A stretch of 64,000 bases of DNA, from positions 1 to 64,000 of IMG/VR virus record IMGVR_UViG_3300028384_001500. One strand, given 5' to 3'. The notes below the pieces were generated by a model. That model did not search any database. It had not been told where the DNA came from and saw only the letters and a program-made list of their open reading frames with translations. This document shows, piece by piece, positions 6,345 through 14,889 of this stretch. The position numbers and the translations under genes were made by a program. Position 1 is the stretch's first letter. The number at the start of each line of letters is the position of its first letter.

Positions 6345-7601
6345 TTACTCCTTGTCATTTCTAAAACATACGAACGTTGGAAATCGCAAAGATCCGTCGG
6401 GCGTTTCTTCTTGATATCGAACTTCAATAATGCGTCCAATGTGTTTGTCTTTATCTTGCCAAATTTGTTCTCTGAGTTCATCATTTAACCCAGAACCAAC
6501 ATTAACTTCAACACCTTTATAATCTACCAAGAAACTGCCTAGCTTACCCTGGTGTTTACCTGTACCTTCTTTAAGTCCTATAATTGAAACATCTGCGTCA
6601 AAGAAAGCTTTGTATTTCATGACTGACCAATCACGACCAAAACTATAAAGTGAGTCTGTGTCTTTAATCATAATCCCTTCATATCCTTGTGAAACCCATC
6701 TGTCGTGCGATTCTTTTAAAACTTTCTCAGAAGGCATTAGCTCAGGTTCAAATCTAACTTGTTTTAGATACCTTAAGCCTTCTTTTGCATATGCAGTTGT
6801 TATTCTTTGATTTAAAGAAGCTTTTCTTTTTTTCAAAGTATGTAAACCTTTCTTGCTTTCCCATTCTTCGAGTGTCAAATAATCAAAGATCGCAAAATAT
6901 ACATCACTTATATCTTTGTCTTCTTTGCGATAAACCTGTCTCATAAGATCAGTAAAATCATTGCTCATAATTTCGCCATCATAGCAACCATCAGAGCGTA
7001 ATTTTAGAAGTTCTTTTCCGACTGTGTCATCAAAGTTTGTGATAAGTTTCCCAGCACGTGTAAAGAGTTTTGCCTCACCATCTTTTACGATTGCCAAGCA
7101 TCTAATACCATCTAACTTAGGTTCAATGTAGACCCAATCACTCATCCTCTTTCTTTCAAATTTTTGTGCAAGAGCAACATTAAAAGTTGGAATAAGCCCA
7201 GGCATAACTTTATTAATAGTTTTTGTGGAAACGCCTATCGCTAGATTTTTCTTTAAGATCTTGCGCATCCATTTTTCTTGCTGTTCGCTACTGTGCATAA
7301 ATGTGTGGTGCATTAAATTAATTGCAGCGTTTCCTGTAACTTCTCGTCTTGAACAAGCATCTGCGTTTATCGCAAAGTTTTCCCAAGCTAAATGTGGGTC
7401 AATAGGTTTTCTATTTTCTTTTTTTACTTTCGGGACTTTTACAACATGAAAAGATCGATACGGGTCGAATGTATACTTAATCAATCTCTGAAATGGGTAG
7501 TGGTCTAGATATGATTTAAGCAATTCTTTTTTAGCATTCGTGCCTTTTGCAGCAGCTATATTTTCAAAACAATCTAAGACTTTATCAATTACTAAATTCA
7601 T
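6345..7601 (-). CDS. ATP-dependent DNA ligase
   Basis: Motif I EPKLDGIRC, YDGEI, EGIMIK, and OB-fold GSG..EVRYQ..SLRFPTF. Confidence 0.92.
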   Translation of the reverse strand: MNLVIDKVLDCFENIAAAKGTNAKKELLKSYLDHYPFQRLIKYTFDPYRSFHVVKVPKVKKENRKPIDPHLAWENFAINADACSRREVTGNAAINLMHHTFMHSSEQQEKWMRKILKKNLAIGVSTKTINKVMPGLIPTFNVALAQKFERKRMSDWVYIEPKLDGIRCLAIVKDGEAKLFTRAGKLITNFDDTVGKELLKLRSDGCYDGEIMSNDFTDLMRQVYRKEDKDISDVYFAIFDYLTLEEWESKKGLHTLKKRKASLNQRITTAYAKEGLRYLKQVRFEPELMPSEKVLKESHDRWVSQGYEGIMIKDTDSLYSFGRDWSVMKYKAFFDADVSIIGLKEGTGKHQGKLGSFLVDYKGVEVNVGSGLNDELREQIWQDKDKHIGRIIEVRYQEETPDGSLRFPTFVCFRNDKE

Positions 7602-7855
7602 CGTTTAACTCCTTTTAATTCTTTTTCAGTATCGGCGCAGTGATCGTGATGGACAGCAGCAAATTTAAAGTCTCTCTGATCTACAATCTGGTAGTAGAAA
7701 GATGATGTCTGCTCATGGGGGTGAGCTGATAGTACTTCAGCAAACTGCACTTTATTGTTAGCATCTAAATAATAACAAAAATCTCCCTTAACATACGGAT
7801 CAGTCTTGTTTTTTCTTTTTGTTGCCTGAGCTTTGCTTGTCTTTTTCTTTGCCAA
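7598..7855 (-). CDS. Hypothetical protein
   Basis: AGGAG RBS; ATGA overlap with the ligase. Confidence 0.6.
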   Translation of the reverse strand: MAKKKTSKAQATKRKNKTDPYVKGDFCYYLDANNKVQFAEVLSAHPHEQTSSFYYQIVDQRDFKFAAVHHDHCADTEKELKGVKR

Positions 7856-8102
7856 TGTTGTCTCCTTTTTTATTATTATACTGTAATACTTCGTAGATTA
7901 CATAAAGGGACATCCATTTAATTTCACCAATGGCATTTTGTATTTTCATTGTTTTGTCGTCAATGTAAAGGACAATTCCAATAAAATTTTGATTATCAAC
8001 GTTAACTTTAATTAGGTCACCTGGGCACACATTTGCCTTTTCCAAAGTGTCGCGCCTTCTTATATTAACCAAATCATCCAATGTTAACCTGTTAAACCCC
8101 AA
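7800..8102 (-). CDS. Hypothetical protein, GDLI (KOW-like) family
   Basis: PGDLIKV..FIGIVL motif; TTG start after GAGG. Confidence 0.55.
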   Translation of the reverse strand: MGFNRLTLDDLVNIRRRDTLEKANVCPGDLIKVNVDNQNFIGIVLYIDDKTMKIQNAIGEIKWMSLYVIYEVLQYNNKKGDNIGKEKDKQSSGNKKKKQD

Positions 8103-8109
8103 TTTTACC

Positions 8110-8697
8110 TCATGGTTTCAAAGCCTTCCTTATATCTTCAACTGAAAATCCTTTTCTTCCAGTGTTCATTTTTTGTTTTATAGTTTGTCTAATCATACCG
8201 ATAGTTTTGTCTTTTAATGTTGTATCTAATTTGACTATAGCTTCTCCAGCTTTTCTAACATCTGGATTATCACTTAAAGCAGCCAAACCGCCAATAGTTG
8301 CAAAATTTAATTTTGTTTTATTAGATCTAGGTTCACCATCAACTTTGTATTTAACTTTATCATCTGTGTCTAAGTAAAACTGGACTTCAGGTTTTTCGCC
8401 ATCCAGTTCAATTTCAAACTTTGCTTTTTCCCATTCAATGGAAGGTTCAGGTTCTTCAACCGGTTCTTCATCAGCAGGTTCTTCTTCGTTGTCACTACTT
8501 TCTGGGTTTGGATCAAAAGCTTCATCTCCAGAATCATCTGTTTCGGAAGAAGCACCTTCACCTTCTTCATCAAACATTTCATCGCCTGTACTGTCAGTTC
8601 CTTCTGCTGAGTCGTCTCCTTCTTCATCAAGCACTTCATCCTGTTCTAGTAGATAATTTTCAATAAGCTTTTTAAGTCGACTTTTAGAAATACGCAT
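8110..8697 (-). CDS. Acidic protein with basic N-terminal leader (putative virion internal protein)
   Basis: MRISKSRLKKLIENYLLEQ followed by a D/E-rich tract. Confidence 0.7.
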   Translation of the reverse strand: MRISKSRLKKLIENYLLEQDEVLDEEGDDSAEGTDSTGDEMFDEEGEGASSETDDSGDEAFDPNPESSDNEEEPADEEPVEEPEPSIEWEKAKFEIELDGEKPEVQFYLDTDDKVKYKVDGEPRSNKTKLNFATIGGLAALSDNPDVRKAGEAIVKLDTTLKDKTIGMIRQTIKQKMNTGRKGFSVEDIRKALKP

Positions 8698-8727
8698 TGC
8701 AATCCTCGCTATTAATAACTATTATTT

Positions 8728-8755
8728 AAAAAAGAAAAAAGCACCGAAGTGCCTT
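8728..8755 (-). terminator. Intrinsic terminator after rpsU
   Basis: AAGGCAC-TTCG-GTGCTTT hairpin followed by TTTCTTTTTT. Confidence 0.8.
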
Positions 8756-8758
8756 TAT

Positions 8759-8959
8759 TTAATTTCTTCTTCGCCTATTCTCCATTTTTCTTCGACGTTT
8801 CGCAGCTCTTTCTTTTTTCTTTTTCTTTTTAACCGAAGGCTTTTCATAATACATACACTCTTTTGCACGCCTTATTATACCTTCATTATCAACTAGTCTC
8901 TTAAATCTTCTAAGCGCTTTTTCAACCGTTTCGTTTTTTCTAATTCTAATTTTTGCCAT
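8759..8959 (-). CDS. rpsU: Ribosomal protein bS21
   Basis: IRKNETVEKALRRFKR..GII..YYEKPSVKK..AAKRR pattern, 66 aa. Confidence 0.9.
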   Translation of the reverse strand: MAKIRIRKNETVEKALRRFKRLVDNEGIIRRAKECMYYEKPSVKKKKKKERAAKRRRKMENRRRRN

Positions 8960-8966
8960 GTTTCCT

Positions 8967-9893
8967 CTATTGAATGTATCCTGTACCTATTACTTCCCAC
9001 CAACTGTAACTCTCGATTGTTCCTCCAAAATCTTCATACTCTTGCTTTTTTATTTTGTGCCGCATGAGATGAATTGATGTAAGGCTTCCGTTCTGATACT
9101 GTTGAAAATATGAACCCGGGATTGTCATGTATCCCACATCCTCTGATTTACAAATAACTGTTCCATAATAAGAACTACCATCATAACTATACACAGAAAT
9201 ATGAATTGTGAAAAAACTGTTAACGTCTCCACTAGGTCCCCACGTAAAAACATTATTTCCGTTTCGATTGATTGGGGCTTGAAAAGCATAGCTAGGGTCA
9301 ACATAAAGCATTTGGTATGGTTCTATATAGTCAAACCCACGCAATGTCTCCACAACCTGGTCTGCCGTCTTTCCGGCTGCATTTAAAGTATGTTGTGTAT
9401 TTCTTCTAAAATTAGCTTCTTGTATAAAGCTATTTTGATAAATAACACCGGTATTGTCTGATGTTTTATTTAGCTGGATATTGTCTCCAAAAGTATTTAA
9501 CAAAGAAACAGACTGTCCTAAATCTACATTTGGAGAACTTACTCCTGATTCATAATAATCTCGGCAGCCATCTATAGTCGGGATCCAAGAAGTATGCTCA
9601 CCAGTTGTAGGTTCATGAAAACGTGCTTCTGCTATTGTATTTATTTCTTGTGAAAGACCCATGCAATATGGGCAAGAAGCCTGCATGAGGCCGAGTTCAA
9701 CGTAAGCAATAGTTTTACTTAAGTCTTGTTGACTAGTATTTGTGTCTTCATTGTCAACTGCTGTTTCTATCTCTTTTGTTGTGTCAGTCGTCAAACTAGT
9801 ATCATTTGCAGATTCTGTCTCAAAAGTTTTTGAAATATAGACATCATTTCCACAGCCTGCAAATATAGAAAAAATAAATAATAATGATTTCAT
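8967..9893 (-). CDS. Putative lipoprotein
   Basis: Signal peptide ending in lipobox FAGC, T/D-rich linker, CPYC motif. Confidence 0.65.
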   Translation of the reverse strand: MKSLLFIFSIFAGCGNDVYISKTFETESANDTSLTTDTTKEIETAVDNEDTNTSQQDLSKTIAYVELGLMQASCPYCMGLSQEINTIAEARFHEPTTGEHTSWIPTIDGCRDYYESGVSSPNVDLGQSVSLLNTFGDNIQLNKTSDNTGVIYQNSFIQEANFRRNTQHTLNAAGKTADQVVETLRGFDYIEPYQMLYVDPSYAFQAPINRNGNNVFTWGPSGDVNSFFTIHISVYSYDGSSYYGTVICKSEDVGYMTIPGSYFQQYQNGSLTSIHLMRHKIKKQEYEDFGGTIESYSWWEVIGTGYIQ

Positions 9894-9992
9894 AGTCACC
9901 TTTTTTTGTAATTATATTAACTTCGACTATCTTTGTTAAAATTTATATTTATTAACAAAACTGTTTATAATCTTTTTGTTTAAGGAGAAACA

Positions 9993-10667
9993 ATGGAAAA
10001 AATATATTTATATAACGACAACATCGGAAGCGTTGAATATGTGCAGCATATGGGTGACGACTTAACAATTGTAAACTCTGCTCGCGTCAGCTTTGGCAAG
10101 GAGAAAAAGGAGATAGATAAAAGAGATAAAAAACTTATTAAGTATCTTATTGAACACCAGCACACTAGCACGCTCGAGCATAATGTTGTTACTTTTAGGT
10201 TTTGTGTTCCTCTCTTCATTCGTAGTCAGCATCATCGTCATAGAACATGGTCCTACAATGAGATATCTCGTAGATATACTGATGTAAATCTTCAATTCTA
10301 TGAACCTAAAGAATTTAGAACACAGCACAAATCTAATCGTCAAGCTTCTAATGATACTAACTTAATTAATCCCATTATGGCTTTCGATAAAACAACCGCG
10401 AGTCAAGAGGTTCAAAGTCATCATATGAAAAGTTTAGATCTTTTCAATCGATTAATTGAAGAAGGAGTTTGCAGAGAACAAGCACGTGGTGTTTTACCAC
10501 AAAATCTCTACACTGAATATTACGGCACTGCAAATCTAAATAACTTAATTAAGTTTATTAAGCTCAGAACTCACGATGGTGCACAGCAAGAAATACGAGT
10601 TGTTGCAGAAGCATGCAAAAAAATAGCAACCGACTTGTGGCCAGTTGCTATGAAGCATTTAGAATAG
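9993..10667 (+). CDS. thyX: FAD-dependent thymidylate synthase
   Basis: NSARVSF, HTSTLEH, RSQHHRHRTWSYNEISRRY, REQARGVLP, AQQEIR. Confidence 0.95.
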   Translation: MEKIYLYNDNIGSVEYVQHMGDDLTIVNSARVSFGKEKKEIDKRDKKLIKYLIEHQHTSTLEHNVVTFRFCVPLFIRSQHHRHRTWSYNEISRRYTDVNLQFYEPKEFRTQHKSNRQASNDTNLINPIMAFDKTTASQEVQSHHMKSLDLFNRLIEEGVCREQARGVLPQNLYTEYYGTANLNNLIKFIKLRTHDGAQQEIRVVAEACKKIATDLWPVAMKHLE

Positions 10668-10671
10668 ATAA

Positions 10672-12225
10672 TTATCTTCTAAATATTTCCATCATGGTGC
10701 GTCGTATTGAGCTTCGCACCATTTTTCTTATGCGTGCTTCATTTAGACTTATTTCACCCATACCAGAGTCAACTTCTCGTTCTGCTTGTTGTGTTAGTGC
10801 AGCTTTAACATCCCAACCTAAGTATCCTAAGATTTGATTGGCTGCGGCAAATCCACCTGTAAATTTATAATATTGACGTGACATAGGAGGATACTCAAAA
10901 ACCACACCTTCCATTGCTGTTGAAATATTATCGACAGACTGCAGTCTTTTCATTTGTTTTTTGTATTTTCTTTCAAGTGAAACCATCTTCGGATCACTCA
11001 TGTCAGCATTAGCCAGCGTTTTTTCTATGTGAGCAATTGCTAGTTCAACTGTTCTTCGAAATATTTTTGTCCCTCTATCACTATCGTCCATGAAAGCAGA
11101 AGGAACATCTTGCATAAGTCTCGCTGTTAAACCAGGTGTGATTTGTGCAAAAGGCTCAAGTATCGCAGACATAAGTGCAAAAGCTTTAGTCTTTGATAAA
11201 CAGTTAGAAAGTAAAGTGATATCAGATTTAGAAGCTCCAACATGATTGGCAATTATTTTTTTCCTTGCCGCTGCTTTACTCTTTTTCCTCCCATTGACAA
11301 TTTGATCTGGCGGAAGGGAAACGCCCCCAATCTGTCCTGGGTTCATGACAAATGCATCAGGATTAATAACAGCTCTTTGGAGTAGTTCAACTGTATCTTG
11401 AGGAATGTTTACAGAAAATCCTGCCTTATTTATATAATCTTCCACGCCTTTTGCAACGTAATCAGCAAAAGTATTATCTAGCGTCATATTGTATTTTTGT
11501 ATAATTCCTTGTATCTGCTCTCGGGCTTCGTTGACAAAGCTAACGTCTTGATTAGTTAATTGTCGCTCCTGAGGACCTACAACTCTCCAAGAATTATTTC
11601 CTACCATTTGCTCTTGCTTTTCAACTTCAGCAACTAAAGTGTTAAACTTTTCTCTTGTCGACGCGTCTATTCTATTTAACTCATCTTCTGGTAGGCCTTC
11701 CAGGTTTTCATTTAGAAGTTGGAAATTATGAAAGACAATAAAATCGCCGTCGTACATAATCATATTCCTATTTTTAGAATACATGATTTCACAGTTTGCA
11801 AAAACAGTAGGCACATCGTAAGGTGTGTCATCATTAACGTCAGCTTCTTTTGCTCTTTCAAATAATGTATATAAGACTTCTTGAGGCACGGCTTCAAGTG
11901 CTTGTTCAATTGCAGTCATCCCAAAATAAAAAGCATCGACAACATGTTGATATCCCTCAGGATCATTGCTGGCATCACGCTTTCTAACAAACTCAGCGTT
12001 GAGTACTTCTTTGGTGATGCCACCGTTTGCTGCCTCATCTGCACGACGAGCGAACTTTGCCTGGTTGTCTCTCAAGTCATATGTAAAAAATAAGTTTTGG
12101 CCATCAACTTTTTCTGTAGGTGTCAATTCTCCTGCAGCTGCTTTTGTAAAGATATCTAATAAACCACCAAATGACAAGTTTAAATTGTCATAAATGTGAT
12201 TCATGTGACCACCTAGTCCGCCCAT
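10672..12225 (-). CDS. ATP-dependent ligase-superfamily (RNA-ligase-like) protein
   Basis: TEKVDGQN (motif I), FANCEI (III), MEGVVF (IV), YYKFTG (V). Confidence 0.55.
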   Translation of the reverse strand: MGGLGGHMNHIYDNLNLSFGGLLDIFTKAAAGELTPTEKVDGQNLFFTYDLRDNQAKFARRADEAANGGITKEVLNAEFVRKRDASNDPEGYQHVVDAFYFGMTAIEQALEAVPQEVLYTLFERAKEADVNDDTPYDVPTVFANCEIMYSKNRNMIMYDGDFIVFHNFQLLNENLEGLPEDELNRIDASTREKFNTLVAEVEKQEQMVGNNSWRVVGPQERQLTNQDVSFVNEAREQIQGIIQKYNMTLDNTFADYVAKGVEDYINKAGFSVNIPQDTVELLQRAVINPDAFVMNPGQIGGVSLPPDQIVNGRKKSKAAARKKIIANHVGASKSDITLLSNCLSKTKAFALMSAILEPFAQITPGLTARLMQDVPSAFMDDSDRGTKIFRRTVELAIAHIEKTLANADMSDPKMVSLERKYKKQMKRLQSVDNISTAMEGVVFEYPPMSRQYYKFTGGFAAANQILGYLGWDVKAALTQQAEREVDSGMGEISLNEARIRKMVRSSIRRTMMEIFRR

Positions 12226-12237
12226 TATTTCTCCTAG

Positions 12238-12840
12238 TTAGATCCAGTCATCATCGTCATCGTCATCAGAAGAGTCGACATCACTTGATGATGTTGGGTT
12301 AAGTTTGATATCAGCACGATTAGGTTTGACATAAACTCCTTTAGCATAAATATCATCTTCGTCAGGAACGTTCTTGTCATTATCTACCTTATCTTCAGTT
12401 GTCTTCTTAATAATAGAGTCTAAGCGAGAAGAAATATTAGGCTTTGGTATTTTTAATCCGGCTTTTCTTCCAGGTGATTTTGGGGTTGAGTCACCTTGAA
12501 CTTCAGATCCAAAAGGAACACCGAGCAAAAATGCACGTGTCATTTCTAAAAGATGTGCACGAAAGTCATCGATCTCATCAAATTCTTGATAACCGTCGAC
12601 ATACTCATCTATAACTGACCACCCTTCGTTTTTCCATTGCTCGATTAATCCCTGTACAGGTGAAATACCTTTTGCTTCTCTAGTGTAGATAAAGGTTAAC
12701 CTTACGCGTGTTGTTGTGGGTGCAGCTGGGCCAAATGACCACATAATTGCATGCATATCTGATGTGACATTAACAGCTTCGTCTGCTAAGTAAGATTGAG
12801 TATAAAGTAATCGTGTTTCATAGTTTGTTTTATAAGCCAT
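12238..12840 (-). CDS. Hypothetical protein with acidic tail
   Basis: 200-aa ORF, AGGAG RBS. Confidence 0.7.
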   Translation of the reverse strand: MAYKTNYETRLLYTQSYLADEAVNVTSDMHAIMWSFGPAAPTTTRVRLTFIYTREAKGISPVQGLIEQWKNEGWSVIDEYVDGYQEFDEIDDFRAHLLEMTRAFLLGVPFGSEVQGDSTPKSPGRKAGLKIPKPNISSRLDSIIKKTTEDKVDNDKNVPDEDDIYAKGVYVKPNRADIKLNPTSSSDVDSSDDDDDDDWI

Positions 12841-13036
12841 TGCTTTCTCCTAATATGTCAAAATACCCCTCAGCAATTAAAACTGCAAAGTCTCCGTATT
12901 TAAGTTTGTTATTTCCTATTATAACCCATTTTTCTTTAGGGTTTATATGACCGATTACATTATCATCTTTGATTATTAAATTTTCTTTAATTTCGTAGTC
13001 ATAATAATTGCAGTAGTTCCTAAGATAAAAAAGCAC
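12830..13036 (-). CDS. Hypothetical protein
   Basis: Coupled small ORF. Confidence 0.55.
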   Translation of the reverse strand: MLFYLRNYCNYYDYEIKENLIIKDDNVIGHINPKEKWVIIGNNKLKYGDFAVLIAEGYFDILGESNGL

Positions 13037-13263
13037 TATTTTTTCCTTTGTTTGTTTTTAAACGCCTTACTTATTTTAACCGGTTCTTTTTCTTGTTGCA
13101 CATCTTCTTGCTTATTTTCAGGCCCTAGGTTCGGTGAAGGATAAGCTTTGAAGTAAACAGGGTGACCAACACCGTATCCGCGGCCACCTCTTACTTTAAG
13201 TACTTGATTTTCTTGTTCTAAGATCAGATCAATTATTTTCATTAACTGTCGTCTTTTGTCCAT
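13036..13263 (-). CDS. Small protein with leader-like N-terminus
   Basis: Start MDKRRQLMKIIDLILEQ at 13263 after AGGGG. Confidence 0.55.
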   Translation of the reverse strand: MDKRRQLMKIIDLILEQENQVLKVRGGRGYGVGHPVYFKAYPSPNLGPENKQEDVQQEKEPVKISKAFKNKQRKK

Positions 13264-13386
13264 TTTGCCACCCCTTTGCAATACTACTATACAAGAAATA
13301 AGTATATATTGCTCCGACAATTAGCATCATCTCGCCTATTTGTTTTCTATTTTTATTGATGTGTAACAGTTTTCTATAGACAGATC

Positions 13387-13584
13387 TCATAACAGTTCTC
13401 TTGTAATAAAAAGATAGACTGAAATTATACCTACAATTGTCATTGCGGTCCAACCGACTTTTATCACCCTGTCCATTAAGTCTAAAAATAATTGTAGATC
13501 TTTGTCGTCTTTCTTTGGATTGTCGCCTATAGGTTGTTTATATCGATCATACAACCGCTTTAATTCTTTTTTTCCTTTGGCCAA
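13387..13584 (-). CDS. Small membrane protein
   Basis: C-terminal hydrophobic helix VGWTAMTIVGIISVYLFI. Confidence 0.55.
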   Translation of the reverse strand: MAKGKKELKRLYDRYKQPIGDNPKKDDKDLQLFLDLMDRVIKVGWTAMTIVGIISVYLFITRELL

Positions 13585-13892
13585 AACAAAAACTCCAAGT
13601 GATTACCACAAAGATCTTTAATGTAGCAGGACTCACTACCGTCTCTGTGTTTTTTAAATTCATGTCCTTCATTTTCTAAAGTTGCACGGTGCATGTCGTC
13701 AATTCGAAATGCGACATGAGGTGGGTGTTGCTCTGGAAGCACAAAGGCAACCTTGACTCCACCCACAGAAAGAAGAGACCACGTATCATCTTGATACAGT
13801 ATCTTGGCGTCGTATTGATCGACATACCATTTGACGTTATTTTTCATCATTGATGGTGTTGGAACTGTTAGAGCTACATGGTCAAAATTCAT
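13560..13892 (-). CDS. VOC/glyoxalase-family protein
   Basis: FDHVAL..WY, PPHVAF, SCYIKDLCGNHLEFL metal-site pattern. Confidence 0.8.
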   Translation of the reverse strand: MNFDHVALTVPTPSMMKNNVKWYVDQYDAKILYQDDTWSLLSVGGVKVAFVLPEQHPPHVAFRIDDMHRATLENEGHEFKKHRDGSESCYIKDLCGNHLEFLFWPKEKKN

Positions 13893-14035
13893 CGCTTTCC
13901 TTTTATGTCATCGTATGTAATTAGCTTCTTAGATGATCTGCTAATCATTGTGCTACCGCCCGGTCCTTTCCATTGCCACTCAGTGACTTTATAGGAATGA
14001 ACACCAAACTGCACGTATCTTACTGTTTTCTTCAT
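13889..14035 (-). CDS. Small hypothetical protein, 48 aa (absent from the ORF track)
   Basis: MKKTVRYVQFGVHSYKVTEW...KGKR*; ATGA overlaps at both ends. Confidence 0.55.
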   Translation of the reverse strand: MKKTVRYVQFGVHSYKVTEWQWKGPGGSTMISRSSKKLITYDDIKGKR

Positions 14036-14829
14036 GCTGCGGCTGACTCCTTTTCACTATCGCTAAAGTCTTCAAAAACAACTGAATATTTAGGATTATT
14101 CTCCCAGTACTCAATGCGTGCATGCAATTTATTGATTGCCTTTTCATAGCGGATTGTCTCATTCTCCAAGATCTGCTCTGTCTTTTCACGGAGCTTAACA
14201 GCTTTATCAGAACAGTTATCAAGTCGTTCTTGCAGTTCAACTATTCTTGCGTCTCGTTCTGCAATTTTGCCGATCAATTCTGCTTGCACCTTGGCAACAT
14301 TGTCAATAGACATATTGACCACATCTCCTACTAACGGTACCAATTTCTTCATTGCACTGTCTTTGCGCATGCGTGATTTACCTCGACTTCCACTTGCAGG
14401 TGGGAAATAGTCTGATGTTGTCAGACCTTCAAAGAAAAGCACAGCAAATTTATTAAATGTTGCATCAGCAACAATAAAAACATAGTCAAGTGACCCTTTG
14501 GATTTAAGAGTGGCCCAGTCTGTCTGGAAGGAATATGATACTGTGCCTTTGCTTTTGCTGCCCGATGTTAATTTACATTCGAGCTCTTTGTCGATATCAC
14601 AGATGACAACGTCGGGTTTACCAGGGGTACCGTCGTCTAATACCTCATTAAACTTTTGGCGTAGAACTCGGGCTGTTTCTTTTTCTTGGACTGCACTGAG
14701 TAGCATGTTACGACGTCCGATGTTTTCGTGAAGGTCGTAATCGTAATCACCGAACAGGGTTTTAAGTTGACTCTCGAAGTCCTGCATGCGTGTAATTACT
14801 TGTAGTGCGTCTTGTCTTGTTAAATACAT
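14032..14829 (-). CDS. PD-(D/E)XK nuclease-like protein with C-terminal coiled coil
   Basis: KPDVVICDIDKELECKLT active-site pattern. Confidence 0.6.
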   Translation of the reverse strand: MYLTRQDALQVITRMQDFESQLKTLFGDYDYDLHENIGRRNMLLSAVQEKETARVLRQKFNEVLDDGTPGKPDVVICDIDKELECKLTSGSKSKGTVSYSFQTDWATLKSKGSLDYVFIVADATFNKFAVLFFEGLTTSDYFPPASGSRGKSRMRKDSAMKKLVPLVGDVVNMSIDNVAKVQAELIGKIAERDARIVELQERLDNCSDKAVKLREKTEQILENETIRYEKAINKLHARIEYWENNPKYSVVFEDFSDSEKESAAA

Positions 14830-14860
14830 AGAATAACCTCATTTGTTATGTTACTCTATT

Positions 14861-14889
14861 ATTATACACTATTTATTTTCTTTTTACAC
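14861..14889 (-). promoter_or_regulatory. Class I promoter-like motif GTGTAA-N17-TATAAT
   Basis: Exact 17-nt spacer; GAGG RBS and the 14829 start lie downstream. Confidence 0.7.

Noticed and set aside
8162-8666. Several overlapping ORFs over the acidic gene
   Set aside because: Shadow frames of a low-complexity D/E-rich coding tract.
13229-13390. Possible 53-aa ORF
   Set aside because: It has an ATGA overlap upstream but overlaps the next gene by 35 nt and has no recognisable features, so it is too weak to call.
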